Below, one piece after another: positions 43,138 to 52,928 of a stretch of DNA of 64,000 nucleotides. Numbering within the stretch: the stretch's first letter is position 1; each line of letters begins with the position of its first letter. The DNA is from Candidatus Uhrbacteria bacterium. GTDB lineage: Bacteria > Patescibacteriota > Patescibacteriia > UBA9934 > GWF2-40-263. Under the pieces are notes generated by a model. That model had not been told where the DNA came from. It saw only the letters and a list, made by a program, of their open reading frames with translations, and ran no database searches. Location of the stretch: the NCBI GenBank assembly GCA_016188495.1, contig JACPHU010000013.1, positions 5,498-69,497 of the forward strand. Reading direction: 5' to 3'. Position numbers and translations under genes: made by a program.

Positions 43138-44574
43138 GTGACGAATAAAGTTGCCAGAAATACGCTCTACTTAACAGGTGCTTCTATTGGACAAAAGATC
43201 ATCGCTTTTATCTATTTTTTATTTTTAGCAAGAATAATGATGCCGGAACAAACAGGACAGTATTTTCTTGCTATTTCGATTACATCTATTTTTTCTGTTA
43301 TTGCCGATTTTGGTATCACATCTGTTATTACTCGAGAAATCGCTAAAGACGAAATGCAAGCAAGATCTCTTGTTTCTAATGCTATTAGTTTAAAAATCAT
43401 ACTTACGATTACGGCTGTTGCGGTGACATTAATCGCAAGTTATTTTTTACATTACGGTTCAACCATTCAATTTTTAATTTTTTTAGCTTCTCTTGTCCTT
43501 GTTCTGGATGCTTTTCAAGTTTTCTTTTACGGAATTCTTAGAGGATTCCAGTCTTTAGAATTTGAATCTTTAGGTGTTTTTGTTGGCATGCTTACCACAG
43601 CCTTATTCGGTGGTTTTATTCTTTGGTTTTATCCATCTTTACCCCTTTTGGTGGTTGCTTTAGTCTTAGGAAGTTTTGTGAACGTGATTGTTTCTTTGAT
43701 TCATGTTGCTAGACATATGGGTTGGAACGTTCTGATTCCATCATTAAACAAGAAGGATTTATCTTGGCTTTTAAAAGCAGCTTTTCCTTTCGCTTTGGCA
43801 GCTATTTTTGTAAAGATTTATTCCTATGTAGATACTATTTTTATTTCTAAATTTCTTGACCCTGCTTCTTTGGGATTTTATGCAATTGCTTATAAGTTTA
43901 CTTATGCTTTCCAATTTCTTCCAATGGCCTTTGTAGCCGCTCTTTATCCGGGTATGAGTGCTCTGGTTGATAAAGATCCGAACGCTTTAGAAGCAGTGTT
44001 ATCTCGCTCTATGTGGTATGTGGCTGTTATTTCAGCCCCTATCGTTTTTGGTCTTTATGCTATTGCTTCTGAGGTCGTTCAGCTTGCCGGTCCTGAATAT
44101 GTGTCAGCGACCGTTGTTCTTCAGGTTCTTATTTTTGTTCTCATTCCTATTTTTTTAGATTTTCCCATAGGTTCGTTACTTAATGCATCAAATCGTCAAT
44201 CTATTAAAACGACAATTATGGGAGTAACCATGATCATAAACGTTTTTCTCAATGCTATTCTTATTCCTCGCATCGGAATTATAGGAGCTGCTTATGCGTC
44301 TTTATTTAGCTTTCTTTTTATGTTTTTGGTGGGATTTTATTTCATTCGATCTGTTATTCCCAATTTTTCTCACTGGGGATTGTTAAAAACACTTCTACCT
44401 ATTTATACGAGCGGAATTATCATGTTGATGGCCGTTCTCATTTTAAAACCAATTCTTGGTTGGATCTTTGTTATTCCAGTAGGTGGAGTTATTTACCTTT
44501 TCTTTTTATTATTTTTAGGGGTTTTTACAGAAAGTGATAAGTCTTTTTTCAAATTTAAACGTCATCGTGTATGA
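43138..44574 (+). CDS. Polysaccharide/oligosaccharide flippase (Wzx-like, MOP superfamily)
   Basis: About 12 TM segments. The N-terminus KVARNTLYLTGASIGQKIIAFIYFLFLAR is Wzx-like. The start is GTG at 43138, only 8 nt after a TATAAT hexamer. Confidence 0.8.
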   Translation: MTNKVARNTLYLTGASIGQKIIAFIYFLFLARIMMPEQTGQYFLAISITSIFSVIADFGITSVITREIAKDEMQARSLVSNAISLKIILTITAVAVTLIASYFLHYGSTIQFLIFLASLVLVLDAFQVFFYGILRGFQSLEFESLGVFVGMLTTALFGGFILWFYPSLPLLVVALVLGSFVNVIVSLIHVARHMGWNVLIPSLNKKDLSWLLKAAFPFALAAIFVKIYSYVDTIFISKFLDPASLGFYAIAYKFTYAFQFLPMAFVAALYPGMSALVDKDPNALEAVLSRSMWYVAVISAPIVFGLYAIASEVVQLAGPEYVSATVVLQVLIFVLIPIFLDFPIGSLLNASNRQSIKTTIMGVTMIINVFLNAILIPRIGIIGAAYASLFSFLFMFLVGFYFIRSVIPNFSHWGLLKTLLPIYTSGIIMLMAVLILKPILGWIFVIPVGGVIYLFFLLFLGVFTESDKSFFKFKRHRV

Positions 44575-45668
44575 GTCAAAAAAAGATGTTACTCATCACG
44601 CCAGATTTTCCACCTCACAAAGGTGGCGTTGCAACGTATCTTTCTACATTCGCTTTTTATTTCAAAGAAAAAATAGAAATTTTGACCCAAACTGACCCTC
44701 AATCCCATTTTTTTGATGTGGGAGTTGAATATCCGGTTTATCGAAAATCTTTGTTTTTTAAATGGATATGGCCACACTGGTTGAAGATGGTGATGTATCT
44801 TTTTCTTTATCGTCACGATTACCGGCTTATTTTAGTCAGTCATCTTTTGCCTGTTGGCACTGCAGCTTTATTAGCCAAAAAACTAACAAAAATTCCTTAC
44901 GTTGTTTTTATTCATGGAATGGATTTACGCCTAGCTAATACATCGTGGAAAAAACATTATTTGAGTGCTGAAGTACTCAGGGAAGCTCAACTCGTGGTTG
45001 CAAATTCAAAAGCTCTTGCAAAAGAAATAACAAACATTTACAGGATATCAAATGTACTTGTTTTATATCCTTGTCTTTTCCCACAAAAAGATAACATTTC
45101 AGTCGTTGTGAAGAATGAGTCTGTTTTTACGTTACTTACAGTTAGCCGTCTTGTGCAACGCAAGGGGCACATTCCCGTTCTTCATGCACTTGCTAACCTT
45201 AAAAATTCCGGAAAGCTTTCACATTTTCTGTACCATATCGTTGGTCATGGTCCTATGGAGCCGATACTTAAATCCCTCGTTTTAGAATTAGGTTTGGAAA
45301 AACAAGTTGTTTTTCATGGAAATGTCAGTGATGATGATCGTGGAAGTTTCTATACATCTGCCGATATATTTATTATGCCTGTTTCTCTAGATCCTGTTGA
45401 TAAAGAGGGATTCGGTCTTGTCTTTATAGAAGCGGCTCAAGCGGGACTTCCTTCTCTTTCTACAAATATTGAAGGAGTGAACGAGGCTATTATTGATGGG
45501 GAAACGGGTATTCTTCTTCCGGATCAAAATGAACAGGTTCTTGCAGAGGCCATTTTTACCCTTTACTCAAACCGATCTTTACGCCAAAGATTATCTGACA
45601 ATGCCCGCAGACACGCACAAACATTTTTGTTTGATGTTCAAATGAAAAAAATCGAGCCCTACTTATGA
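44571..45668 (+). CDS. Family 4 glycosyltransferase
   Basis: The GT-B C-terminal motif EGFGLVFIEAAQAGLPSLSTNIEGVNEAIIDGETG. Confidence 0.85.
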   Translation: MSQKKMLLITPDFPPHKGGVATYLSTFAFYFKEKIEILTQTDPQSHFFDVGVEYPVYRKSLFFKWIWPHWLKMVMYLFLYRHDYRLILVSHLLPVGTAALLAKKLTKIPYVVFIHGMDLRLANTSWKKHYLSAEVLREAQLVVANSKALAKEITNIYRISNVLVLYPCLFPQKDNISVVVKNESVFTLLTVSRLVQRKGHIPVLHALANLKNSGKLSHFLYHIVGHGPMEPILKSLVLELGLEKQVVFHGNVSDDDRGSFYTSADIFIMPVSLDPVDKEGFGLVFIEAAQAGLPSLSTNIEGVNEAIIDGETGILLPDQNEQVLAEAIFTLYSNRSLRQRLSDNARRHAQTFLFDVQMKKIEPYL

Positions 45669-46369
45669 GTCGACTCTCTGTTATTATTCCAACCTATCAA
45701 CATGCGATGACACTCTCTCGTTGTTTAGATGCGATTTTTCTTCAATCTCGTTTACCGGAAGAAATTATCATTGTCGATGACGGATCTACCGATGGAACAA
45801 GGAAATTGTTAGATCCTTATATGGATCGTGTTCAATATGTTTTTCAAAAAAATCAAGGAGCTCCCGTAGCGCGCAATAACGGTTTCCATCTTTCTACAGG
45901 CGATCTTGTGATTTTTTGTGATGCGGATGCGATTCTTGAACCTGTCATGTTCGAGGTGCTAGAAAGCGCATTAAACAACCATCCTGAGGCATCATGGGCT
46001 TATTCAAGTTTTTATTGGGGGCAGAAATTATTTCGTGGCAAATCTTTTGCTGTAGAGTCTCTGAAAGAACACAATTATATTCACACAACATCACTTATTC
46101 GCAGACAAGACTTTCCCGGGTTTGATCCTTCTCTCAAACGATTTCAGGATTGGGATTTATGGCTTACGATGTCTGAACAGGGGAAAAAGGGGATTTTTGT
46201 TGATCAAACATTATTTCAAATTTTGATTGAAAAAAAACGTTCTGCCTACTCTACATGGCTTCCAAAATTGGCTTATAAAATTCCATGGAAGAAATTTGGT
46301 TGGGAACCCGAATCTATTCGAAAACATGAAATGGCTAAAAAGATTATTGTTGAGAAACATGCATTATGA
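45665..46369 (+). CDS. Family 2 glycosyltransferase
   Basis: SVIIPTYQH...IIIVDDGSTDGT...DAD. Confidence 0.8.
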   Translation: MSRLSVIIPTYQHAMTLSRCLDAIFLQSRLPEEIIIVDDGSTDGTRKLLDPYMDRVQYVFQKNQGAPVARNNGFHLSTGDLVIFCDADAILEPVMFEVLESALNNHPEASWAYSSFYWGQKLFRGKSFAVESLKEHNYIHTTSLIRRQDFPGFDPSLKRFQDWDLWLTMSEQGKKGIFVDQTLFQILIEKKRSAYSTWLPKLAYKIPWKKFGWEPESIRKHEMAKKIIVEKHAL

Positions 46370-47211
46370 TTTCTGTTGTAACGGTTAATTATAAAACAAT
46401 GGATTATACGCTTCGCATGCTTGAATCTTTGTTTTTACATCATTCAAAAGAAGACGTAGAAGTTTTTGTTGTAGAAAATGCCTCTGGAGATTCAGTGACC
46501 CAACTTATAGAGCAATTTCCACAGGTTCATTTGATTCAAACACAGACAAATCTGGGATTTGCGGGTGGGTGTAATCAGGCGATGAAACAAGCAACCGGGG
46601 ATTTTATCGTTCTCGTCAATCCTGATATTCTTTTTGATAATGATGCTCTTTTTCAAATAGCAGAAAAGATGAAACATTCTTCTGACGTAGGAATAGGCGG
46701 CATTTCTTTGAAGAATATTGATGGAACGCAACAAGCGTGCGTGTGGTCTTTTCCTCAGCCGCTCGATCAATGTTTATTACTTTTTAAAATTCCACATCTG
46801 CTTCCAAATACAAAATCATTGAAACGATGGCTCATGAAAGACTTCGATTATCGTCAATCATCTGACGTGGATCAGGTCATGGGGGCTTTTTTCTGTATAA
46901 GACGTCAAGTGATTGAAGAAATAGGCATGTTGGATGACGGATTTTTTATGTGGTATGAGGAAGTAGATTTTTGTCAAAGGGCAAAAAAAGCTGGATGGCG
47001 TATTCGTTATTATGCTGATATTCAAACAAGACATAAAAAAGGAGCGAGTTTTGACCAAATAAGAACCATGAAAAAACAATCCATGCTTCGTCGCAGTATT
47101 AGGCGTTATATGTTTAAACATTATGGAGTAAGTACTGGAATCGTTTTTTTGATCCTCGAACCTTTCTTTTGGATGGCGAGTCTTTTAGCCTCCGTTATTA
47201 AACCTCAGTGA
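46366..47211 (+). CDS. Family 2 glycosyltransferase
   Basis: ISVVTVNYKT...VVENASGD...NPD...GGF, the GT-A pattern. Confidence 0.8.
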   Translation: MISVVTVNYKTMDYTLRMLESLFLHHSKEDVEVFVVENASGDSVTQLIEQFPQVHLIQTQTNLGFAGGCNQAMKQATGDFIVLVNPDILFDNDALFQIAEKMKHSSDVGIGGISLKNIDGTQQACVWSFPQPLDQCLLLFKIPHLLPNTKSLKRWLMKDFDYRQSSDVDQVMGAFFCIRRQVIEEIGMLDDGFFMWYEEVDFCQRAKKAGWRIRYYADIQTRHKKGASFDQIRTMKKQSMLRRSIRRYMFKHYGVSTGIVFLILEPFFWMASLLASVIKPQ

Positions 47212-47212
47212 T

Positions 47213-48754
47213 ATGTCTCAATTTTTTGGAAATACATTCCGTAATAGTCTTTTATTGATGGCTGGTCTTTATCTACTTGGGTTCATTGGCTATTACACCG
47301 ATTTTTCTGCCATCATCCTCCTTTTTGTTGGAATTGCCTCTGCTATTTTTGCCTATAAAAAATTAGATCAAGCGTTGTACCTTCCTTTTATTGAACTCTT
47401 TTCTAATCCTCATGGAGCTTTAGTGGTTGTACAACTTGGGGGATTTACTCTTTCTCTGCGCATGGTTCTTTTTGTTGGAATCATGTTGGGGTGGGGGATA
47501 GGTTGGTTAAAGAAAACATATAAGCCAAATCTTCAAGACGGAAGAGCACAGATTTTTTCTTTAACAATGATCGGAGTGTTTATAGGATTTATTCTAGGCA
47601 TATTCTCTCGAAATCTGGGTGCGGTTTTTTCAGATGGAAATGCCTATTTATATTTATTTTATCTCCTGCCAATTCTTTCTGTTGAATGGAATACTCGGCA
47701 CAGACATGATTTTTTACAGATCCTCACAGCAGGGGCTTTGTGGGTTTCCTTTGTTTCCTTTGTTCTTTTATATCTCTATACACATTTTAGCGAAACGATT
47801 TTAAAAATGGTTTATGTTTTTTTTCGAGACCTACGTATCGCGGAGATCACTCCTGTGGGTATCGGTGTTTATCGCATTTTTATTCAATCGCAAGTTTTTA
47901 CGATTATTTTTGGTCTGATTCTTTTGTGTTTAGCTATTGTCCAAAAAAAGAGAAAAATTTTTATTGCTCTAGGGGCTATTGTGGTAAGTATTGTTTTGTT
48001 GGCCCTTTCGAGAAGTTTTTGGGTAGGTTTTTTCCCAGCATTCCTTTTTCTATTGATTGTTCTTTGGAAAAAGCATAAGCCTACGATCGGATCTCTTTTC
48101 CGTTTTGCTTCTCATTCCAGTTTGACTGTTTTATTAGGAGTTTTTCTTCTTGTGTCCATTGTGTTTTTTCCTATTCCTCCACAATCTCTTTCAAGTTTAT
48201 CTCTGGTTGATTCTTTTAAAGATCGAACAACGGATTCTCAAGATGCAGGAATTTCTAGTCGGTGGAAACTCCTTACACCCATGCTCAACGAAATCGTGAG
48301 TAATCCGTTTCTTGGTCATGGATTTGGAAAATCTGTGACGTTTGAGACGGATGACCCTCGCGTACGAGCGATTAATCCCGATGGCGTGTGGACAACGACC
48401 TCTATGGAATGGGGTTGGTTTGAGTTATGGATCAAAATGGGAATTTTGGGACCTGTTGGTTTTCTTTATCTAGGCTATCAATTAGCCAAACGCCTTTGGG
48501 TTTATACTTCCACACCGCAAGCATGGTTAGGGTATGGGTTGATTGCAGGACTTATCTTTATCTTTGGAACTCACTTTTTTTCACCCTATTTAAATCATCC
48601 CATCGGCTTAGGGTATTTGTTATTTTTGATTCCATTTTTATCTGTAGAAAAAAAGGTTTTAGATTCCGTTGTTCTCTCTAACGAAGGACTTTTTTTAACC
48701 AATCAAGTTCCTCATACGATTGTTGTGACCCAAGCTCAGTCTCGTGTCGATTGA
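47213..48754 (+). CDS. Polytopic membrane protein, O-antigen ligase/polymerase (Wzy)-like
   Basis: More than 10 TM helices and a large periplasmic loop. It sits directly downstream of the flippase and GT genes. Confidence 0.5.
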   Translation: MSQFFGNTFRNSLLLMAGLYLLGFIGYYTDFSAIILLFVGIASAIFAYKKLDQALYLPFIELFSNPHGALVVVQLGGFTLSLRMVLFVGIMLGWGIGWLKKTYKPNLQDGRAQIFSLTMIGVFIGFILGIFSRNLGAVFSDGNAYLYLFYLLPILSVEWNTRHRHDFLQILTAGALWVSFVSFVLLYLYTHFSETILKMVYVFFRDLRIAEITPVGIGVYRIFIQSQVFTIIFGLILLCLAIVQKKRKIFIALGAIVVSIVLLALSRSFWVGFFPAFLFLLIVLWKKHKPTIGSLFRFASHSSLTVLLGVFLLVSIVFFPIPPQSLSSLSLVDSFKDRTTDSQDAGISSRWKLLTPMLNEIVSNPFLGHGFGKSVTFETDDPRVRAINPDGVWTTTSMEWGWFELWIKMGILGPVGFLYLGYQLAKRLWVYTSTPQAWLGYGLIAGLIFIFGTHFFSPYLNHPIGLGYLLFLIPFLSVEKKVLDSVVLSNEGLFLTNQVPHTIVVTQAQSRVD

Positions 48755-48861
48755 CCATTGCTTCAAATATAGGTATACTCGACTTCCATGCTGGATATTT
48801 CGCAAAGTAAAGTAAAAATATTCAGTATTTCTTTTTGTAACAGATTGACAGAAAGGATGGC

Positions 48862-49560
48862 ATGAATCGTCGTTATCGTTCTTTGGTGATCGCGCACCGA
48901 GAAGCTCTCGGTGATTGGTTCAAAATGGCATCGGATCTGGCGCATATTTTGGATCACGAGGTTACACAGGTCAAACGAGTGGGAAATCAGTGGGTGGGGC
49001 CGCTTCCTCAACGATTTCGGGCATTCACAAAGCTTCATAGAATTTTTTTGAATGCCAAGATCGATTCACCCTTAACTCCTGAGGACGGATTTTCGACCCT
49101 GGTCTCTCTTCACATCAATCTTCCTCCTCAGCACAATCTCAGTGCGCCGACCCACCGATTGACAAAAGTGGTGATTGTCGATGATGCCCCTGACGAGCTT
49201 ATCGATTCGGCATTGGTGCTGATCGGGGTGCCTAACATCCAGTTAGGATTTTTCCACTACGACTACTACAACAACCTGCGCAAAACACCGAATCAGTCGC
49301 TGGAAGAGAAACTTCAAATCTTGGCCACAAGAATTCTTTCCCACGATCCGGACGTCATTCTCATGGATCATTCTTTGGGAGATATTGAGGGACCATCCCT
49401 GGTAGAGGAAATTAAAAAACAGCTCGATCATGAGAAAGGGTTGGTTTTCATCGCCAATACAGGAGGTCATCCTCATGCTCTTCTGGAGGTTGGATGTTCA
49501 GGTAATTTTCGAAAAGGTCGTCAACCAGACGTCTTTTTTCAGACGGTAGTTAATCTGTAA
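48862..49560 (+). CDS. Protein with a C-terminal CheY-like receiver (REC) domain and an unrecognised N-terminal domain
   Basis: KVVIVDDAPDE...DVILMDHSLGDIEG...LVFIANTGG fits the receiver-domain acidic pocket and phospho-Asp pattern. Confidence 0.5.
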   Translation: MNRRYRSLVIAHREALGDWFKMASDLAHILDHEVTQVKRVGNQWVGPLPQRFRAFTKLHRIFLNAKIDSPLTPEDGFSTLVSLHINLPPQHNLSAPTHRLTKVVIVDDAPDELIDSALVLIGVPNIQLGFFHYDYYNNLRKTPNQSLEEKLQILATRILSHDPDVILMDHSLGDIEGPSLVEEIKKQLDHEKGLVFIANTGGHPHALLEVGCSGNFRKGRQPDVFFQTVVNL

Positions 49561-49578
49561 CCCCGTCTGTTCTCACTG

Positions 49579-49608
49579 CCCGCATAGATGTCTTTCTTGC
49601 GGGTTTTT
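49579..49608 (+). terminator. Intrinsic terminator after the REC-domain gene
   Basis: CCCGCA with a 13-nt loop, then TGCGGG followed by TTTTT. Confidence 0.5.
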
Positions 49609-50560
49609 ATTTTAGTACAGCTCCTTCGATTTCTTTATATCCTTGAATAAACGCACCGCTTTCCATTTGAGGTTTTCCTTCCAATTGAAGTTCTTGTATT
49701 TCAATGGTTCCATCTAAACAATCTACCAATAGCCGATCTTTTTTAAGAGAGACGGTTCCTGGAGAAAGATCGGCTCGATAGTCGGTCGCTTGCAACTTAA
49801 GAAATTTAATGCGCACAGGAGGTTGGCCTTGAATACGTTCCCATAGACTCCAAGTTCCCGGCCAAGGATTGTAGGCACGATGTTTGCGCTCTATGTCTTC
49901 CATACGGCTTTCCCAGATAACATGTCCGTCTTCTTTATCCAATAAACGCGTCATCGTGGCTTTCGATTCGTCTTGAATAAGCGGAATGATTTCATTTTTA
50001 ATAAATCGTTTTAATGTAGAGAGAAGAAGCCTTGGGCCTATTGCATGCACTTTTTGTACAAGAGAAGCATAGGTTTCCTCCGCATCCAAAGTAATCACTT
50101 CTGAAGCAAGTAGAGGACCGGTATCGGTTCCTTCATCTAGCAACATAATCGTCACGCCTGTTTGAGGAACTCCTTGGGCAATAGCCCATTGCAGGGGACT
50201 GGGACCACGGTATTGTGGAAGGAGAGACGGATGCACGTTCAAGCATCCTTTTGATGGAATTTCCAAAATATTTTTTGGGATGATTTTTCCATAAGCCACA
50301 ACAATAAAAAGATCGGCATTTAAGGCGCGTAATTCTTTTTCGATCTCTGGATTTGTTTTGAGCGAGGAAGGCTGAAGCACGGGGATCTTTTTTTCTTCCG
50401 CTATCATTTTTACAGGAGGAGGATTCAGTTGAGCACCCCTTCCTGAAGGTTTATCTGGCTGTGTGACCACGCACGCAACCTCAATCTCAGAATCTAAAAT
50501 GAGTTCCTTTAAAAAAGGGACGGAAAAATCAGGTGTACCAAAGAAAACAATTTTAGTCAT
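49607..50560 (-). CDS. fmt: Methionyl-tRNA formyltransferase
   Basis: MTKIVFFGTPDFSVPFLKEL, the SLLPQYRG motif and a C-terminal domain. Confidence 0.9.
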   Translation of the reverse strand: MTKIVFFGTPDFSVPFLKELILDSEIEVACVVTQPDKPSGRGAQLNPPPVKMIAEEKKIPVLQPSSLKTNPEIEKELRALNADLFIVVAYGKIIPKNILEIPSKGCLNVHPSLLPQYRGPSPLQWAIAQGVPQTGVTIMLLDEGTDTGPLLASEVITLDAEETYASLVQKVHAIGPRLLLSTLKRFIKNEIIPLIQDESKATMTRLLDKEDGHVIWESRMEDIERKHRAYNPWPGTWSLWERIQGQPPVRIKFLKLQATDYRADLSPGTVSLKKDRLLVDCLDGTIEIQELQLEGKPQMESGAFIQGYKEIEGAVLK

Positions 50561-50590
50561 AGAAAAAACCCGATGAGACGGGTTTATTTT

Positions 50591-51064
50591 TTATAAACGA
50601 GGAGGGTTGGTATAGCGGACAACTTTATCAATAAACAAGATACCTTCTAGATGGTCTGTCTCATGTTGCAACACAACAGAAAGAAGACCTTCTCCTTTTA
50701 TCAAAACGGGATTACCTCGTCGATCAAGAGCTTCTACTTCAATCTGTTTATGTCTTTGAACGATTCCATACACACCCGGAATAGAAAGACACCCTTCTTC
50801 AAAATCAATCATGGTCGGAGATCGAAACGTAATATGTGGATTGATGAGTGCCACAGATTCGTGACCGTCATCTACAATAATAATTTGCTCGTGGATTCCA
50901 ATCTGCACAGCGGCGATCCCGATCCCGTTTTCAATCTTCATGGTTTCTATAAGATCATCAATAAGCGTCTGAATACGCGCAGAAGGAATATCTTCGAGAG
51001 CCACTTTTTTTGAAGGTTTTCTCAATGTTTCATTTGGATTTTTGAGGACAGGGCGGTTGGTCAT
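50591..51064 (-). CDS. def: Peptide deformylase
   Basis: The three Def motifs GIGIAAVQIG, EGCLSIPG and HETDHLEG. Confidence 0.9.
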   Translation of the reverse strand: MTNRPVLKNPNETLRKPSKKVALEDIPSARIQTLIDDLIETMKIENGIGIAAVQIGIHEQIIIVDDGHESVALINPHITFRSPTMIDFEEGCLSIPGVYGIVQRHKQIEVEALDRRGNPVLIKGEGLLSVVLQHETDHLEGILFIDKVVRYTNPPRL

Positions 51065-51091
51065 ATTTTTGTATGAAAGAGACCAAATGTA

Positions 51092-52924
51092 TCAAGAAAA
51101 AAGGTTTGTGTCAATGATATACCGATCTGAAAGAGCTGTGAATATGGGAGAAAACAAATGAAAGGATATTTCAGGCAGTCCGCACTCAATGAATCCGTAT
51201 CCTTTTTGGTTCCATTGTAAAGAATGCAGAACGATTTCAGGAATAGCCGAAAGTTCATCTGAAAGATGTTTTAAGGCGATTTCTGCTTTACGCCGTTCAT
51301 CCTCCTTGTAAAGAATGCGGCACCAACGATAAAAAGGAGGGAGAAAATACCGTTGTCGCGCTTGGAGTTCTTCTTGGATCAGCTTAAAAGGATTTTCCAT
51401 GACCCCTGTGACCAGATCAGGACTGGCTGTTTGGATGATATACGGCGCTCGTGCTCCAAAGGCAAGCCATGCCCATTGCCAGCTTTGGCGAAAGAGTTCT
51501 TCAATGGCCGTAGGGCTGCTATCGTAAAGTGGGGCATCTACATTCAAGTGGACCACCAAACCGATCCCAGTTTTTTTAAACGGGTCAAAGACGGTTTCGT
51601 AATAGTAGGTTGTTACGAGAAGAATATCGGCTGTATCTGCGGTATAAGGATGTTCTTTATCCACGATCGTAATTTGTGCAGACGGAAAGATCGTTGAAAG
51701 TTCTTTGGCCACTCGCTCATTTCCATATCCGATAGGAATTAAATCCATGCTTGTGCAAGAAGGGCAGCGAAGAGGTTTACCTTCCTTATATCGACAGCGT
51801 GCGCATTCAAGCGTGTGAGAAAAGGCCGTGAGTGAAGTGCTACATGTAGGACACAAAAATCGATACGCACATTCACGACAACGTATTTCTTTCGATTTAC
51901 CCTTTTTGTTATAAATACACAAAACTTGCTTGCCTTGTGAAAGCGTTTGGGACATAGCCTCACTGGCGGTATAACTGACGATTTGCGCAGAAGAAGCGGC
52001 TTTTTCTTGATTGACATTTACGACAGAAATAGACGGATATAATCCCCATGTCAGGCATTCGATTTCGTGAAAGCGTGTCAGTGTTGAACAAGAGGGGCTG
52101 ACATCCAAACAAAAAAGAGTAGAGGCAAATTTTTCTTGGAATTTCCAAACAAGTTCTCTCACATCATAGCGAGGATTGCGATCATGCTGTTTATGATTTT
52201 TTTCTCCTGATTTTAATAGAAAGATTGTGGTAATACTGGAATCGATCGTGAGTAACGCGGTACGGGTTCCTAATAAGATTCCTGTAGAGGCTTTTCGAAA
52301 GGCACTCCACGCCTGATAGCGTTCATTATTGGTTTCCTCCCCGCTGATAATGTACGGCTGTTGTCCTGTGAGGTGGCAACGAAGCAGTTGGATATCTCGC
52401 AGTGTAGGAACCAGAATGAGTATTTTTTGATTCGGTTTTTGTTGGAGATACCCTAAGATGACGGCCGCCGCTCGACGAATATCTGGAGTTTGAACAAAAG
52501 CTTTTCCACGTTCGCTTAAACGGCGTACCACACGCACCACATGTTCGGCCTCTGAATTGGGAAGGGTCAGAGGTAGCCAGGATAAGGCGACTGGACTGCC
52601 TTGCCCGATACGTTTAGGAGGAAGAGGTAGAGCAGCATAAAGGAGAGAAGAAACAGATTGGGCAAGGTCTTGGGCCGTAGACTCAAAAAAAGAGAGTTCT
52701 TCCTCTCTTAAATGTACATCTTGCTGTACATCCAACAGCGTTTTTAATGTAATCCCTCTTGGGGGTTTATCTTTGACACCTCGAACGATTCCCCAGATTC
52801 GTTTGTTTCGATAGGGGATAGAGACAAGATTTCCTCGAGAGACTTTTAAAAATTCAGGAATTAAATAATCAAACGTTTTTTTGTTTCTTGGCAGACGGAT
52901 CAGCGGATACACTTCAGCAATCAT
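51092..52924 (-). CDS. priA: Primosomal protein N' (PriA helicase)
   Basis: An N-terminal 3'-DNA binding region, helicase motifs and the Cys-rich zinc region CRECAYRFLCPTCSTSLT...CARCRYKEGKPLRCPSC. Confidence 0.9.
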   Translation of the reverse strand: MIAEVYPLIRLPRNKKTFDYLIPEFLKVSRGNLVSIPYRNKRIWGIVRGVKDKPPRGITLKTLLDVQQDVHLREEELSFFESTAQDLAQSVSSLLYAALPLPPKRIGQGSPVALSWLPLTLPNSEAEHVVRVVRRLSERGKAFVQTPDIRRAAAVILGYLQQKPNQKILILVPTLRDIQLLRCHLTGQQPYIISGEETNNERYQAWSAFRKASTGILLGTRTALLTIDSSITTIFLLKSGEKNHKQHDRNPRYDVRELVWKFQEKFASTLFCLDVSPSCSTLTRFHEIECLTWGLYPSISVVNVNQEKAASSAQIVSYTASEAMSQTLSQGKQVLCIYNKKGKSKEIRCRECAYRFLCPTCSTSLTAFSHTLECARCRYKEGKPLRCPSCTSMDLIPIGYGNERVAKELSTIFPSAQITIVDKEHPYTADTADILLVTTYYYETVFDPFKKTGIGLVVHLNVDAPLYDSSPTAIEELFRQSWQWAWLAFGARAPYIIQTASPDLVTGVMENPFKLIQEELQARQRYFLPPFYRWCRILYKEDERRKAEIALKHLSDELSAIPEIVLHSLQWNQKGYGFIECGLPEISFHLFSPIFTALSDRYIIDTNLFS

Positions 52925-52928
52925 AATG

